This document shows positions 18,467-27,421 of a DNA stretch of 64,000 nt, piece after piece. The stretch's first letter is position 1; the number at the start of each line of letters is the position of its first letter. Source of the DNA: a virus (taxonomy: Duplodnaviria > Caudoviricetes); the IMG/VR virus record IMGVR_UViG_3300046507_000447, positions 1,903-65,902 of that record. One strand, 5' to 3'. Under the pieces are notes generated by a model. It did not search any database and had not been told where the DNA came from. It was given only the letters and a program-made list of their open reading frames with translations. Both the position numbers and the translations under genes were made by a program.

Positions 18467-18954
18467 GAGGGATGGGTGTCTTGCGCTGGTTTAAATATCG
18501 CATGATCGAGCTGGCCGTCGCCCTGCCTATCCTGGCTTGCTCGCTCTATCTGATCCAGAACATCCAGGACCAGCGGAAGGTCGGCGTGCCCGCGAGCGCG
18601 TGGTTCTCTGTCACCGACATCTTCGTTCCGGACCACGCTTCGGGCGAGGATGTCACCATGACCTATGACCGGACGATCAAGGAAGAGGTTCGAGGCTTCT
18701 GGTTGATCGAGGCGCAGCGGCAGGACAATGCGTCCGGTTCGTTTGTTTCGGAATGCTCGGCCTCGGGGATCAGCGAATACGAGCCCCAGGATTACATCCC
18801 AAACAATCAGGTGAAGTGGTCCTGGTTCATGGGCGACAAATGCCTGGAGCTTCCTGGCGGCACGTACCGGCTCCGTGGATCCTGGGTCTTGCGTCGCCCG
18901 AGCTGGCCCGACAAGAAGATCGCGACCTATTCGAACCTCTTCAAGATCTACTAG
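18463..18954 (+). CDS. Membrane-anchored periplasmic protein
   Basis: N-terminal TM, two Cys, beta-rich domain; ATGA overlap with the previous gene. Confidence 0.55.
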   Translation: MRGMGVLRWFKYRMIELAVALPILACSLYLIQNIQDQRKVGVPASAWFSVTDIFVPDHASGEDVTMTYDRTIKEEVRGFWLIEAQRQDNASGSFVSECSASGISEYEPQDYIPNNQVKWSWFMGDKCLELPGGTYRLRGSWVLRRPSWPDKKIATYSNLFKIY

Positions 18955-19538
18955 ACTGGCGACTCCTCTGTCGCCCGTCTCACCGTGGCGATAACCTTCT
19001 TCGCCTGTCGCGTCTGGGAGTCAGACAGCTCCCAATCTTCCCGGTATTTCGCGAGCACGTCCTGGGCGAATTCGATCTGCCAGGAGTCGAGATCCCGGTT
19101 GTCGTTATCCAGCGCCCAGGACAGCTCGTTCAACAGCGCTCGGCCGCCTCGGAACGGCTTCTTGCGGCGTGCCTGCTCTCGCTCGGCGTCGTTCATTTCA
19201 GCATCGTCAAACGAGCCCGCATATTGCTCTGCGCGGCGCTTCTCTCGCGCGGCGTGCTCAGCGTTGCGGACATCCTCGCGCTGCCTTGCACGGGCTTCCT
19301 GGGCTCGGGCCTTGGCCTCCCAAACATCCTCCCGCCGTTCGCCTCTTGGCGGCGCGCCTTCCTTGAAGACGACGCGATCGACATAGACGGTCTTGCCGGA
19401 TAGCAGCAGTTCGACCAGCGTCTTCTTCTCGTCGGCGGCGATCTTCCGGATGAACCGCAGAGCGTTCAAAGCTTCGCCGTCATGCTCGCTCCCGAGCATG
19501 CCGATAAACTTTTCGAGCTTGGATCTGCTGTCACTCAT
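18951..19538 (-). CDS. Hypothetical protein
   Basis: LGSEHDGEALNA N-terminal motif; coupled to the upstream gene. Confidence 0.7.
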   Translation of the reverse strand: MSDSRSKLEKFIGMLGSEHDGEALNALRFIRKIAADEKKTLVELLLSGKTVYVDRVVFKEGAPPRGERREDVWEAKARAQEARARQREDVRNAEHAAREKRRAEQYAGSFDDAEMNDAEREQARRKKPFRGGRALLNELSWALDNDNRDLDSWQIEFAQDVLAKYREDWELSDSQTRQAKKVIATVRRATEESPV

Positions 19539-19732
19539 CAGAGGCTTACTATGCTATCGTATTGCCGGTTAAGGCGGTCCATCAAATCGTAATCGTTGAT
19601 CGCTTCGGCGGCGCGCCAACGGCGTCTCCACTCGCCCATGGCGAACATGAGGATCATGCGCCTATCGGATGGCCGCTCTTTGTCCGTGCTCAGCCGGCCG
19701 TAGCAATCGGTCACGTCAATGACGATGTTCAT
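19538..19732 (-). CDS. Hypothetical protein
   Basis: Tiles with neighbours. Confidence 0.55.
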   Translation of the reverse strand: MNIVIDVTDCYGRLSTDKERPSDRRMILMFAMGEWRRRWRAAEAINDYDLMDRLNRQYDSIVSL

Positions 19733-19976
19733 CTTTCCAATCCCCTATGCCACCTGTCTTTTTCGGACGGATCCGCAGCGCATAGGCGAACTGTTTCGGC
19801 AGGGGTCTATTGAACTGCCGCCTCTCGCCGGGATCCGCGTTGAAGATACCCAGCAGGGAGGAAATAGCGCCGTTCGGTCTGACGCCGACGCGGTAGACGA
19901 GGCGCGGGTTTCCCAGCGCCAGGACATGGTCATGCGTGCGCCGGTTGACGGCCCAATACAGAACGCTCGTGCTCAT
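19716..19976 (-). CDS. Hypothetical protein
   Basis: ATGA overlap, GGAGG RBS. Confidence 0.6.
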   Translation of the reverse strand: MSTSVLYWAVNRRTHDHVLALGNPRLVYRVGVRPNGAISSLLGIFNADPGERRQFNRPLPKQFAYALRIRPKKTGGIGDWKDEHRH

Positions 19977-20638
19977 ACAACCTCCATAAGCTCCGGGAAG
20001 AGGAGCGGATCGTTAAACTTGTCCTTCTCGTCACCATGCACAGACCAGACGCCGTGCTGCTGCCGGCCGAACATCTCGAAATAGGGACCGTCCACAAGGC
20101 GCTCGATCAGCGGAAAGATCTCATCCGGCTTGCGGCTGTGCTCGCGGCGCTTGGCGGCGATGAAACGCGGCACGTCCTTGCCGATGCGCTTCGGCCGGCC
20201 GACGGTATTCAGGAAGCATCGTTCCGCGTCCTGCTCTGTCTCGCCGAAGTATGTCTCGTAAACCATTTCCGCGTTCGCCCTGGTCCAGTGGCCCGTGCCC
20301 TGGAAGAACGTCTTGCCGTCCTTGTTGAGCTTGCCCCAGGTGAACCCGACCGTCTTGAATTTGAAGCCCCAGGCCTTCACAACTTCAAGGGCCAACTCGA
20401 CATGGCTGTCGATGATCCACATGAATAGCACGCAATCCTTAGCGGCGAGGTCTTGGACAGGGAGCGCCTTCAGCTCGGGGATCGTCATGGTTTTGTAGTG
20501 GCGATCGGGCGACCGGCCCATGCCCTTGGCCGAGCGCGTGAGGTATTTCCAGGGCGGATCGCAGACGATCACCCGATACTTTTTGTAGCCGAACCCCTTG
20601 AACGGGCCGTCCTGGATCAGTTGCGTTTTCCCCTGCAC
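19973..20638 (-). CDS. MT-A70 family adenine methyltransferase
   Basis: DPPW, HY.TM, LFMW, WGF..KT..F.W.K, G.G.WTR.N.E and REHSRKP motifs. Confidence 0.9.
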   Translation of the reverse strand: MQGKTQLIQDGPFKGFGYKKYRVIVCDPPWKYLTRSAKGMGRSPDRHYKTMTIPELKALPVQDLAAKDCVLFMWIIDSHVELALEVVKAWGFKFKTVGFTWGKLNKDGKTFFQGTGHWTRANAEMVYETYFGETEQDAERCFLNTVGRPKRIGKDVPRFIAAKRREHSRKPDEIFPLIERLVDGPYFEMFGRQQHGVWSVHGDEKDKFNDPLLFPELMEVV

Positions 20639-20843
20639 GTAATTCCCTTATCCGCTGCCTCGCAGCATTTTTTAGCTGCTGGTTGTCTCGGCCGTGGTCG
20701 CCTTGCGGGCAACGCACGCCGATCATTTTATCGGCAAGGAAGACCTTCTCATGCCGGGTGCCTCGTTCAATTCGCCACGGCAAGCCGGTCGCCTCCAGGA
20801 AGGCCTCCAGCTCCTTCTTGAGCTTTCGATTGCTGCCGCTCAT
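20439..20843 (-). CDS. Small protein with a HicA-like N-terminus; 3' end overlaps the MTase
   Basis: RKLKKELEAFL...G..W.IERGTRH.KV pattern; ATGA-coupled start. Confidence 0.4.
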   Translation of the reverse strand: MSGSNRKLKKELEAFLEATGLPWRIERGTRHEKVFLADKMIGVRCPQGDHGRDNQQLKNAARQRIRELRAGENATDPGRPVQGVRLQKVSGDRLRSALEIPHALGQGHGPVARSPLQNHDDPRAEGAPCPRPRR

Positions 20844-21127
20844 ACGACATCCAAATCGTCGCCGTAGTCCTCCTCTGGGGCCGGCTTATCGTCGGCCAGC
20901 CACTCGGCCCAGCTTCCACCGGGCGGCGGCCCCAGGACATAGGCGATGGCGAGCGCCGCGTCCGTGTTGTGGTTGATGTGATAGGAGGTCGAGCTGGTCG
21001 GGTTCTGCGCCGAGACCTGGACGACTCCGTCCTCTCGGAAGAAGATGTTGAGAGATCTTGTCAGCTTCTTCTTCTTGGCATTGCGCAGGACCGTCGCGGT
21101 GTCAGGCGGGAGATCGGTCCACATCAT
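20840..21127 (-). CDS. Hypothetical protein
   Basis: Coupled to neighbours; acidic DDLDVV tail. Confidence 0.6.
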   Translation of the reverse strand: MMWTDLPPDTATVLRNAKKKKLTRSLNIFFREDGVVQVSAQNPTSSTSYHINHNTDAALAIAYVLGPPPGGSWAEWLADDKPAPEEDYGDDLDVV

Positions 21128-21432
21128 ACGGCTCCGTCAGTTTCGTCGTCGGTATCGTCTTCGGCGGGGAGCATGCCGAGCGCCGCCTTGTAGGTGTCAA
21201 CGAGGTTCTCGAACGTCTGCAACTCTTCAGCGTCTTGCTTACGATCGCGGATGACGCGGCGTATCACCTTGTTGTCGTAGCCCCGGCCCTTCGCCTCGCT
21301 ATAGACATCCTTGATGTCCGTGCCGATCGTCGCCTTCTCTTCTTCCAGGCGCTCGATCCGTTCAACGAACTGGCGGAGCTCTGCGCCCGCGTTCGAGCCT
21401 GCGGATGTGTGAGGATCTTTCTTCTTCGCCAT
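21124..21432 (-). CDS. gapR: GapR-like (DUF2312/UPF0335) DNA-binding protein
   Basis: LRQFVERIERLEEEK..I..DIKDVYSEAKGRGYD.K...Y..ALGM. Confidence 0.9.
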   Translation of the reverse strand: MAKKKDPHTSAGSNAGAELRQFVERIERLEEEKATIGTDIKDVYSEAKGRGYDNKVIRRVIRDRKQDAEELQTFENLVDTYKAALGMLPAEDDTDDETDGAV

Positions 21433-21989
21433 TAGACCACGCTCATGTCGTCATCGTCTTCGGCAGGCGATGCGGTTTCTGTCTTCGGTTCCTCCTCGTG
21501 GATGACCCCGAGATGCGGGTCGATCGAGAAGGCACCCTCTCGCTTGAAAGCGTACCACTCGTCGCGCTTGACCTTCTTGACGCGAGGGTCATTCGGCTGG
21601 ACCGCGCCGCCCTTGATCTGGAAGACCGCGTTGGCGTTCGGCCAGTAATAGAATGCGTTCTGGCTGAAGGTCTTGTCGCCGAAGACGATCGGCGAGAGAT
21701 CCGGCCCCGCGCCCTTTACCGGTTCGGCGGCGTCCGTCTCTTCGGTCGTGAGCATCAGGTGGCCGGCGAAACCGTCGGCGTCATCGAACAGCTTGCCGGA
21801 TGCCGGGTGCGTGACCGTGCCGTCCGGATGGCGTATCGCCTCCTTGCTGGTGACGCCGGAACGGGCGGTCGCGAACAGCGGGAAGACCATGTTGTTCTGG
21901 ATGTATTGCCAGCCCACGACGGCGGCGATAGGCATGCCGTCCCCGTCGATTAGCGTTGTCCCAGGCGCGGCCGGGATTGTCGTCGTCAT
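21432..21989 (-). CDS. Hypothetical protein
   Basis: Tiles the operon. Confidence 0.65.
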   Translation of the reverse strand: MTTTIPAAPGTTLIDGDGMPIAAVVGWQYIQNNMVFPLFATARSGVTSKEAIRHPDGTVTHPASGKLFDDADGFAGHLMLTTEETDAAEPVKGAGPDLSPIVFGDKTFSQNAFYYWPNANAVFQIKGGAVQPNDPRVKKVKRDEWYAFKREGAFSIDPHLGVIHEEEPKTETASPAEDDDDMSVV

Positions 21990-22450
21990 GCGGCTTCTCC
22001 GTATGCTTCATTGATGAGGAGGGTGATCGCCTTCTTGATCCGCACAACGTATTTGGTCTGGTCGTTTTCCTGCGACCGGACCCAGCTATCGAGCGTCTTC
22101 AGAATGAGCGTTTCGGTGAGAGGCAAGCGGTTCGCCTCGCAATAGGTTTCGATGGAGATGCGGGGATCGTCCAGGGCGTCAAGCTGCACGCCGAGCGGTG
22201 CGACCAGGGCTCCGTTCATGACGCTGAAGGCGCGGAGCTTCCAGATCGGTTGGACCAGTTCAACGCGGAGATCCACGGTGTGCGCGGCCTTCTCCAGGTC
22301 GGCCTTGCCGCCCTTCGAACGGTGGCGGCTGACATATTTCAAGATCGTATGGGCGCAGGAGTCGTAGCCGTTGATCATTGTGAATTGCATCGGCTGAACG
22401 GCGGAATTCTTGTAGTGGTTGCCGCCTACCTGAACCGAGAGAGCTGTCAT
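21986..22450 (-). CDS. DUF3310-like protein
   Basis: QVGGNHYK...QP..F...KYVSR...KGG.ADLEKA. Confidence 0.75.
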   Translation of the reverse strand: MTALSVQVGGNHYKNSAVQPMQFTMINGYDSCAHTILKYVSRHRSKGGKADLEKAAHTVDLRVELVQPIWKLRAFSVMNGALVAPLGVQLDALDDPRISIETYCEANRLPLTETLILKTLDSWVRSQENDQTKYVVRIKKAITLLINEAYGEAA

Positions 22451-22460
22451 TGTCGTCGTC

Positions 22461-22862
22461 CTAATTGATGATCTTGCGGGACGATTTCGCGACGGCTTTC
22501 AACTCCTCGGCAGTGAGCGCCCCACCGGGGATCTGCGCGCTGCCTTCCGCCATCTTCATGAGACCCAATTCGGTGACGTTCTTGGGGAGCCGTGGGCCTA
22601 TCGACGTAATCGGCAAGCCCTGCATAAGCCAGGACTCAGTGCGTTCCAAGAAGAAAACCGCCACGTCCAGGAAACGAACGGGGGATTGTTCGGAGATGAT
22701 CTTCGCGCGGCGGATGATCTCCTCGGACACGGTGCGAACGTAGTCTGGGTTCGCGGTCGGCTGTCCCAGGAGCGCGAGACGCCGCCACTCCTGCATCCGG
22801 AATTCGAGCTTGGCTTCTTCCGGAGAGAGCCGGCTTGGTTGGACGCGCATGATACCTCGCAA
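22461..22862 (-). CDS. Hypothetical protein
   Basis: First gene after the promoter at 22878-22906; true start may be the ATG at about 22850. Confidence 0.6.
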   Translation of the reverse strand: MRGIMRVQPSRLSPEEAKLEFRMQEWRRLALLGQPTANPDYVRTVSEEIIRRAKIISEQSPVRFLDVAVFFLERTESWLMQGLPITSIGPRLPKNVTELGLMKMAEGSAQIPGGALTAEELKAVAKSSRKIIN

Positions 22863-22877
22863 TGAAATGATCCGGCG

Positions 22878-22906
22878 ACGCTACCCAACAAACAGTTGGC
22901 GGTCAA
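22878..22906 (-). promoter_or_regulatory. Sigma70-like promoter with CAAC-N5-GTTG operator in the spacer
   Basis: TTGACC-17nt-TAGCGT on the minus strand; operator CAACAAACAGTTG at 22886-22898. Confidence 0.6.
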
Positions 22907-23184
22907 TCAGCCTTGGCGGCTATCAACAGGCGATCGATGCGGTGAAACTGGAAGGTCAAACCGCGAGCGCACGCAGCTATCGTGTCTTCGGATTGCATGT
23001 GGACCTTGAAGGGTTTGATCCTCCGATCGGCCGGCATGAAGGCCGCGCTGGCGTTCCACCCTTGAGCGGTCCGCTCAATATCCTCAAGGGTTACGGCTAT
23101 CGGGAGCCCGAAGTGCGTGAACACCTCCCGGAGCCGGAAAGCCAGCGCGCGCCTATCGCTTACGGTTCTTCCCGCAAGTTCCAT
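22903..23184 (-). CDS. Hypothetical protein
   Basis: Tiles the operon. Confidence 0.55.
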   Translation of the reverse strand: MELAGRTVSDRRALAFRLREVFTHFGLPIAVTLEDIERTAQGWNASAAFMPADRRIKPFKVHMQSEDTIAACARGLTFQFHRIDRLLIAAKAD

Positions 23185-23186
23185 GA

Positions 23187-23795
23187 TCAGTCTTTCGGTG
23201 CGGCGTCTTGCGCCTTCTGGCTATCGGGGCCGAAGATGCGTCCGAATTCCGCGCGCATGTAGATCATCATCGCAAGGTTCATGACGTCGATCATGTCGCC
23301 TTTGACGACGTGCTCGGCCAACATGGACGCGAGCTGCTCTTCACTGACCTCGGCCGAGTCCCACCAGCCGCCGTAACCCTGGCCGCGCTTCAGGCCGAGC
23401 TTGTCCTTCATCATCTTGGCGAAGCGATCGACCGCGAAATTGTCCACGATTGCGTCATCGCGCGCTTTGCATGCGGCGACAAAGCCATCCCAATTGACCT
23501 TGCGTACCATGCCGAGACCTGTGTCGGTCCAGTAGCCGGCGCCAGTGGGATCCGCTGGATCTGGATGCGGTATCCTCCAGTGCGGCTCGTCGCTCTTCGG
23601 CAATTCCTTGCGGGCGCGCTCGAAGAAGCGCCCAGGCTGGTCGCCAGTCGGCGGCACGAACTGCGCCACGAGGTGCTTGCGGTTGAACTGCAAGCGCGTT
23701 TCTTCCATGTTCTGGCGAAAGGCCGGCCTGTTTTCCGGGATACAGTCGATGAACCAGCTCATCATCAGATCGAAAGTCTTGACTTCATTGGTCAC
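23187..23795 (-). CDS. Hypothetical phage protein (helical C-terminal domain)
   Basis: FA..MK.KL..KR..GYGGW...L..H..KGD..DV.N.AMM motif. Confidence 0.7.
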   Translation of the reverse strand: MTNEVKTFDLMMSWFIDCIPENRPAFRQNMEETRLQFNRKHLVAQFVPPTGDQPGRFFERARKELPKSDEPHWRIPHPDPADPTGAGYWTDTGLGMVRKVNWDGFVAACKARDDAIVDNFAVDRFAKMMKDKLGLKRGQGYGGWWDSAEVSEEQLASMLAEHVVKGDMIDVMNLAMMIYMRAEFGRIFGPDSQKAQDAAPKD

Positions 23796-24051
23796 GTTTG
23801 CGGAGCCCCTTCATATAGCCCAGGCTGTGCAGCATCTTTGCCAGCAGAACCCAGATCACTTCATCCTTGGCGCGGTGCCCCTCGACGCGGCCCCGCTTGT
23901 TCTCGAAGACGAAATCCGGCTTGCGGAAAACGGTTCCGTTGTAGTTGCGGGTCTCGTCTGTGCCGGTCCCGTCGTTCGCGATGTGCATCACGCCCAGGGT
24001 CGTAACCTTGCGCGTGATGGCAGAGTGCAGCTCGATCCGAATGACGATCAC
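23785..24051 (-). CDS. Hypothetical protein
   Basis: GTG start overlapping the upstream TGA; MIVIRIELHS...IANDGTG. Confidence 0.6.
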   Translation of the reverse strand: MIVIRIELHSAITRKVTTLGVMHIANDGTGTDETRNYNGTVFRKPDFVFENKRGRVEGHRAKDEVIWVLLAKMLHSLGYMKGLRKRDQ

Positions 24052-24266
24052 GCCGCGACCCAATAGGAGAAGCATTCGATATAGCAACGGTTCGAAGGAT
24101 TGATCGCGCTCATCACCGAATGCTTCTTGAAGGTGCGGCTTCCCCAGACGACGACTTCCGGTTCGAGCCCAGGCATGAACGGCGGCAGGGAAATCGTCTG
24201 GACATAGCCGGCCGGGTTCCCGTTCTGGTTGGTGAATAGATCTACCAGCATTACTCTTCTCTCCAT
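24048..24266 (-). CDS. Hypothetical protein
   Basis: Tiles the operon. Confidence 0.5.
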   Translation of the reverse strand: MERRVMLVDLFTNQNGNPAGYVQTISLPPFMPGLEPEVVVWGSRTFKKHSVMSAINPSNRCYIECFSYWVAA

Positions 24267-24589
24267 GTGTTCTGCCCGGTCTTGTCGCGGCAGAGATCAG
24301 CGGTTGGATCGTAGATGACGGCGTTGTCCGGTAGATGGGCCATGCAGACCGTCGCCATCTTGTTACCCGGCGTGTGTGCGGGGCTCGTGGCGAAAGCTTC
24401 CAGCGCCTTGTAACGCTTGTTGCCCTGGCCCTGGGACTCGCAGACGAAACACTCATAGCCCTCGCCGACGGGGAATTCCACCGGGGGTAGGTCGTAGACT
24501 TCCGGTCGGCCGTCGGGACGCAACAGCTTTTGCAGCCAGTCGTTCCGCTCGTTCTTCTTGCCGGGAGTGATGATTTTACTGGAGGACAT
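24251..24589 (-). CDS. Hypothetical Cys/His-containing protein
   Basis: CFVC...CMAH motifs. Confidence 0.6.
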   Translation of the reverse strand: MSSSKIITPGKKNERNDWLQKLLRPDGRPEVYDLPPVEFPVGEGYECFVCESQGQGNKRYKALEAFATSPAHTPGNKMATVCMAHLPDNAVIYDPTADLCRDKTGQNTWREE

Positions 24590-24791
24590 TGGTTACTCCT
24601 GGAGCGTTCTGGACCTGTTGATCGAGGATCCGCTTGTCCGTGAAATGCATGAGGGTGAGGGTGCCTGGAGCGATGGCGAACTTCGGCCAGTCGCCTCGCG
24701 CGGGGCCTTCATAGATGACTTTCGTTCCCCAGACCACGATGACAGTGCCTGGCAGAATGAAAGACGTCGGGTAGATTTTAACGCCGCTCAT
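24576..24791 (-). CDS. Hypothetical protein
   Basis: ATGA coupling. Confidence 0.5.
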   Translation of the reverse strand: MSGVKIYPTSFILPGTVIVVWGTKVIYEGPARGDWPKFAIAPGTLTLMHFTDKRILDQQVQNAPGVTNVLQ

Positions 24792-25129
24792 AGGGCGGGC
24801 TCCTTGTATTTGCGATAGACCCAGCGGCCATCCTCGCGCTCGACCCGGTCCCAGGCCAGCCTATGGACGCGCTGCATTTTCGAGCCGGCCATTTCAGGTG
24901 GGAAGGGGCTTTCCCGGCAAAGGAGATAGAAATGCAGGCCGTCCGGATCGAAGCTGTGCGTCACCGAATTCAGCCACACGGGCCGCCAGACTTTGTCGAC
25001 CGGAATGAAGATCGTCCGACAGACGCGGTTGACGTAAAGCTCGATCAGCTTTTCGAAGCGCGGGATCCACCAGAGCTGCACGCGCTTGAAGGTGGTTGGA
25101 AAGCAACGCTGGATGAGACGCGGGATCAT
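24788..25129 (-). CDS. Hypothetical protein
   Basis: ATGA coupling. Confidence 0.5.
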   Translation of the reverse strand: MIPRLIQRCFPTTFKRVQLWWIPRFEKLIELYVNRVCRTIFIPVDKVWRPVWLNSVTHSFDPDGLHFYLLCRESPFPPEMAGSKMQRVHRLAWDRVEREDGRWVYRKYKEPAL

Positions 25130-25311
25130 AAGAACGCTTGGCCTTTTTCGGTGACGATGTAGATGACGCGACCGTTCAGCCGGTTTTCGTTGACATAGCC
25201 CTTGTTGATCAGGGCCTGGACGATCTTATGGATCAGGGGCGGCGAGGACTTGACCCCGCGCTTGATCAGGCGAAGGCATTCGACTTGCGACGGGGTCAAG
25301 CGGATCGTCAT
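25126..25311 (-). CDS. Small winged-helix-like protein
   Basis: LTPSQ..CL...VQALINKGYV...YIVTEKG..FL. Confidence 0.55.
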   Translation of the reverse strand: MTIRLTPSQVECLRLIKRGVKSSPPLIHKIVQALINKGYVNENRLNGRVIYIVTEKGQAFL

Positions 25312-25315
25312 GGGC

Positions 25316-25756
25316 TCAGCCTACGTGCAGGTTCTGCAAGCCGCGTTCAGTTTCCTCGTCCAGCTCGCGCTCGACATCGGCCATCGTCTTCGGCTCTTCG
25401 TTGATCGCCGACTTGATCGGATCCGCTTTGGGCATGGCGATCGGCTGCGCGGTCGGGCGTTCGGCCAGCTCGAAACCGTTGGCGAGCGCATGACCTCGAA
25501 TGATCTTCTCAGGGAGCGCGACCGGCTTCATCTGGTCGGCGGCGACGGTGGCAATCTGGCGGTCGAAGGACATGAGAAAATCGACCAGCAGCTCTTTGTC
25601 CAGGTGCGCGAACTTCTCGTCGGTCTTGATCGCGGCCTTGTAGATGGCGAGATGGAGGCCGGCGCGCGTGTGCGTCTTGGCTTCCTGTAGATCGGTGAAG
25701 TGCTGGCCGTCAGCGGTCTCGTAGGAGACGACGGCGCGGATAGGTACGTTGTTCAT
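25316..25756 (-). CDS. Hypothetical protein
   Basis: YETADG..F.D..EA..H motif; follows the promoter at 25785-25813. Confidence 0.65.
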   Translation of the reverse strand: MNNVPIRAVVSYETADGQHFTDLQEAKTHTRAGLHLAIYKAAIKTDEKFAHLDKELLVDFLMSFDRQIATVAADQMKPVALPEKIIRGHALANGFELAERPTAQPIAMPKADPIKSAINEEPKTMADVERELDEETERGLQNLHVG

Positions 25757-25784
25757 GAGATGACCCTTTCAGTTGTCAATCAAG

Positions 25785-25813
25785 CGATAACCCAACTCAC
25801 TGTTGGGTGTCAA
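25785..25813 (-). promoter_or_regulatory. Sigma70-like promoter with CAAC-N5-GTTG operator in the spacer
   Basis: TTGACA-cccaacagtgagttggg-TTATCG on the minus strand; operator at 25793-25805. Confidence 0.65.
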
Positions 25814-25849
25814 TTCCCAAACGTTTGGAAATGGATTTGAAAAGTTGGC

Positions 25850-26062
25850 TTATTTCGTCGGCAAAATTTTTCCGAGATTTTTCCGTTCCTCGAACCGTGC
25901 GCCCCGAAGCTTTTCGCGCAGCGCATAGGACAGGGTCTCCAGATAGGTGATTTCGGACTGCAAAACAGCGATCCGGGATTTCCTCGTGCGAATTTTGTCC
26001 ACGGTGGATTTCAGGTCGCGCAGGATATACTCGGAAGTCTCGCTCAGCGGCTTGTCGGTCAT
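25850..26062 (-). CDS. Hypothetical coiled-coil protein
   Basis: GAGG RBS and ATGA overlap at MTDKPLSE. Confidence 0.5.
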   Translation of the reverse strand: MTDKPLSETSEYILRDLKSTVDKIRTRKSRIAVLQSEITYLETLSYALREKLRGARFEERKNLGKILPTK

Positions 26063-26298
26063 AGCATCCTCGTAAAAAAGAACAACGCGGCGGCCAAGAC
26101 GGCGAGACAGATCCAAACAGACGCTTCGATCCAAATTGGCCCCCAACGCAGCGAGAAATCGGTTTCCCAGGTCAAGGTGAGCTGGACGAACGGTTGATGG
26201 ACGCCCCAGAAATTGTGGATGCTCTCGCCGCCTTGCTGGTGGGCCGGTTCGCGCCCGCCGACCCAGCGATTACGATAAGGGAGCCGTGCCAGGATCAT
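26059..26298 (-). CDS. Hypothetical membrane protein
   Basis: C-terminal TM segment; coupled to neighbours. Confidence 0.5.
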   Translation of the reverse strand: MILARLPYRNRWVGGREPAHQQGGESIHNFWGVHQPFVQLTLTWETDFSLRWGPIWIEASVWICLAVLAAALFFFTRML

Positions 26299-27014
26299 TG
26301 CTTCTCTCCCGCTTCGGCCTTTTCGCGCGCCCGTTTTAGATCGGCAGTTTGCTTGCGGATCTGCTCGTTGAAATCGTCCACGGTGATCTGGCCGAGGTTG
26401 ATCTGGCCAAGCAGATTGCGGCCTTGTGTCAGACCTTCATCAAACGACTCGTACGAGAGCCAGGGCGTGAAGGAATAAAGCTCCATGATGGCCGCGACGG
26501 TCTTCTTCGGCAGCAGCGCGTGCAGATCGGCGTCGTAGTTCGTCCCGAGCAACGGCATTGCCGAGCGCTTGCTTTCGGGATGAAGCGGAAACGCCTCGGC
26601 AAGACCCGTCAACAGCTTGTTCATGAGCGCCATGAACGTGCGTTCAGGGCTGGAGTCCTTCTCGATAGAAAATATCGCGCCCTCGGGAATTCGGCGATGA
26701 CCGGTTCGCATGTGCGGGAAAGGGAAGTCGTGCGATCGCCGGCTGAATTTTACCGCGACCATACCTTCACCTTGCCCGGTAGCAGTGGTGGCGCGGCTGA
26801 CGTCCTGGGCGCTCCAGAGATCGGCGAGGCAGTTCTCGCATATGTCGGCCTTGTCGCGGAAGCTGTATGTCGTCTCCAGGCAGACCGTGCATTCGACGCG
26901 GCGTGAGCGTTCTTTCCGGCGTTCACGCCGCGCTTCCAGGACGTTCAGGCGAAGCTCATTCCCCACGGCGAGCTTAGAGATCTTCCGGTCTTCATCACTC
27001 ATATGGCGCATCAA
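26295..27014 (-). CDS. Hypothetical zinc-binding protein
   Basis: CTVC...CENC. Confidence 0.65.
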   Translation of the reverse strand: MMRHMSDEDRKISKLAVGNELRLNVLEARRERRKERSRRVECTVCLETTYSFRDKADICENCLADLWSAQDVSRATTATGQGEGMVAVKFSRRSHDFPFPHMRTGHRRIPEGAIFSIEKDSSPERTFMALMNKLLTGLAEAFPLHPESKRSAMPLLGTNYDADLHALLPKKTVAAIMELYSFTPWLSYESFDEGLTQGRNLLGQINLGQITVDDFNEQIRKQTADLKRAREKAEAGEKQ

Positions 27015-27220
27015 AAGCCCTCCTTCTTCAGATCCACTTCGGTAATGATCGAGAGTAAGCGAATGGCCTCTTGATACCGCTCTTCATTCAAAGCGCGCTG
27101 TGTGGCGTCCCTGGCGGCGGCAACGGCTGCTCCGCGATCGTAGATGGGGCCGATTTCCGTGCCGTTGTCGCCGACGACGAAATGCGCCGGCCTGGAGACC
27201 ACGCGATACCGGACTGCCAT
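27011..27220 (-). CDS. Hypothetical protein
   Basis: GGAGG RBS; tiles the operon. Confidence 0.55.
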   Translation of the reverse strand: MAVRYRVVSRPAHFVVGDNGTEIGPIYDRGAAVAAARDATQRALNEERYQEAIRLLSIITEVDLKKEGF

Positions 27221-27421
27221 TCAACTTTCCTCCCAGACTTCGATCGCCGACAAGCCGCGATCCATGAGTTCGAGCCCCGGCTTGTCGGTGCATATGCGGA
27301 TCATGCTATATTGCGAAAGCCAGCCGATGCAGGAGATCACGTCACGAGTGGCCGGGATCTGTTTCTTGTCGCGGATGTCCTTGAGGACTTGGATGGCGAG
27401 AGACTTTTCAGGTTTGTTCAT
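27221..27421 (-). CDS. Hypothetical protein
   Basis: ATGA coupling. Confidence 0.5.
   Translation of the reverse strand: MNKPEKSLAIQVLKDIRDKKQIPATRDVISCIGWLSQYSMIRICTDKPGLELMDRGLSAIEVWEES

Noticed and set aside
20620-20645. GGGGAAAAC as a frameshift fusing the HicA-like ORF to the MTase
   Set aside because: The MTase is in the +1 frame, the heptamer is not in -1 register, and the MTase has its own RBS and GTG
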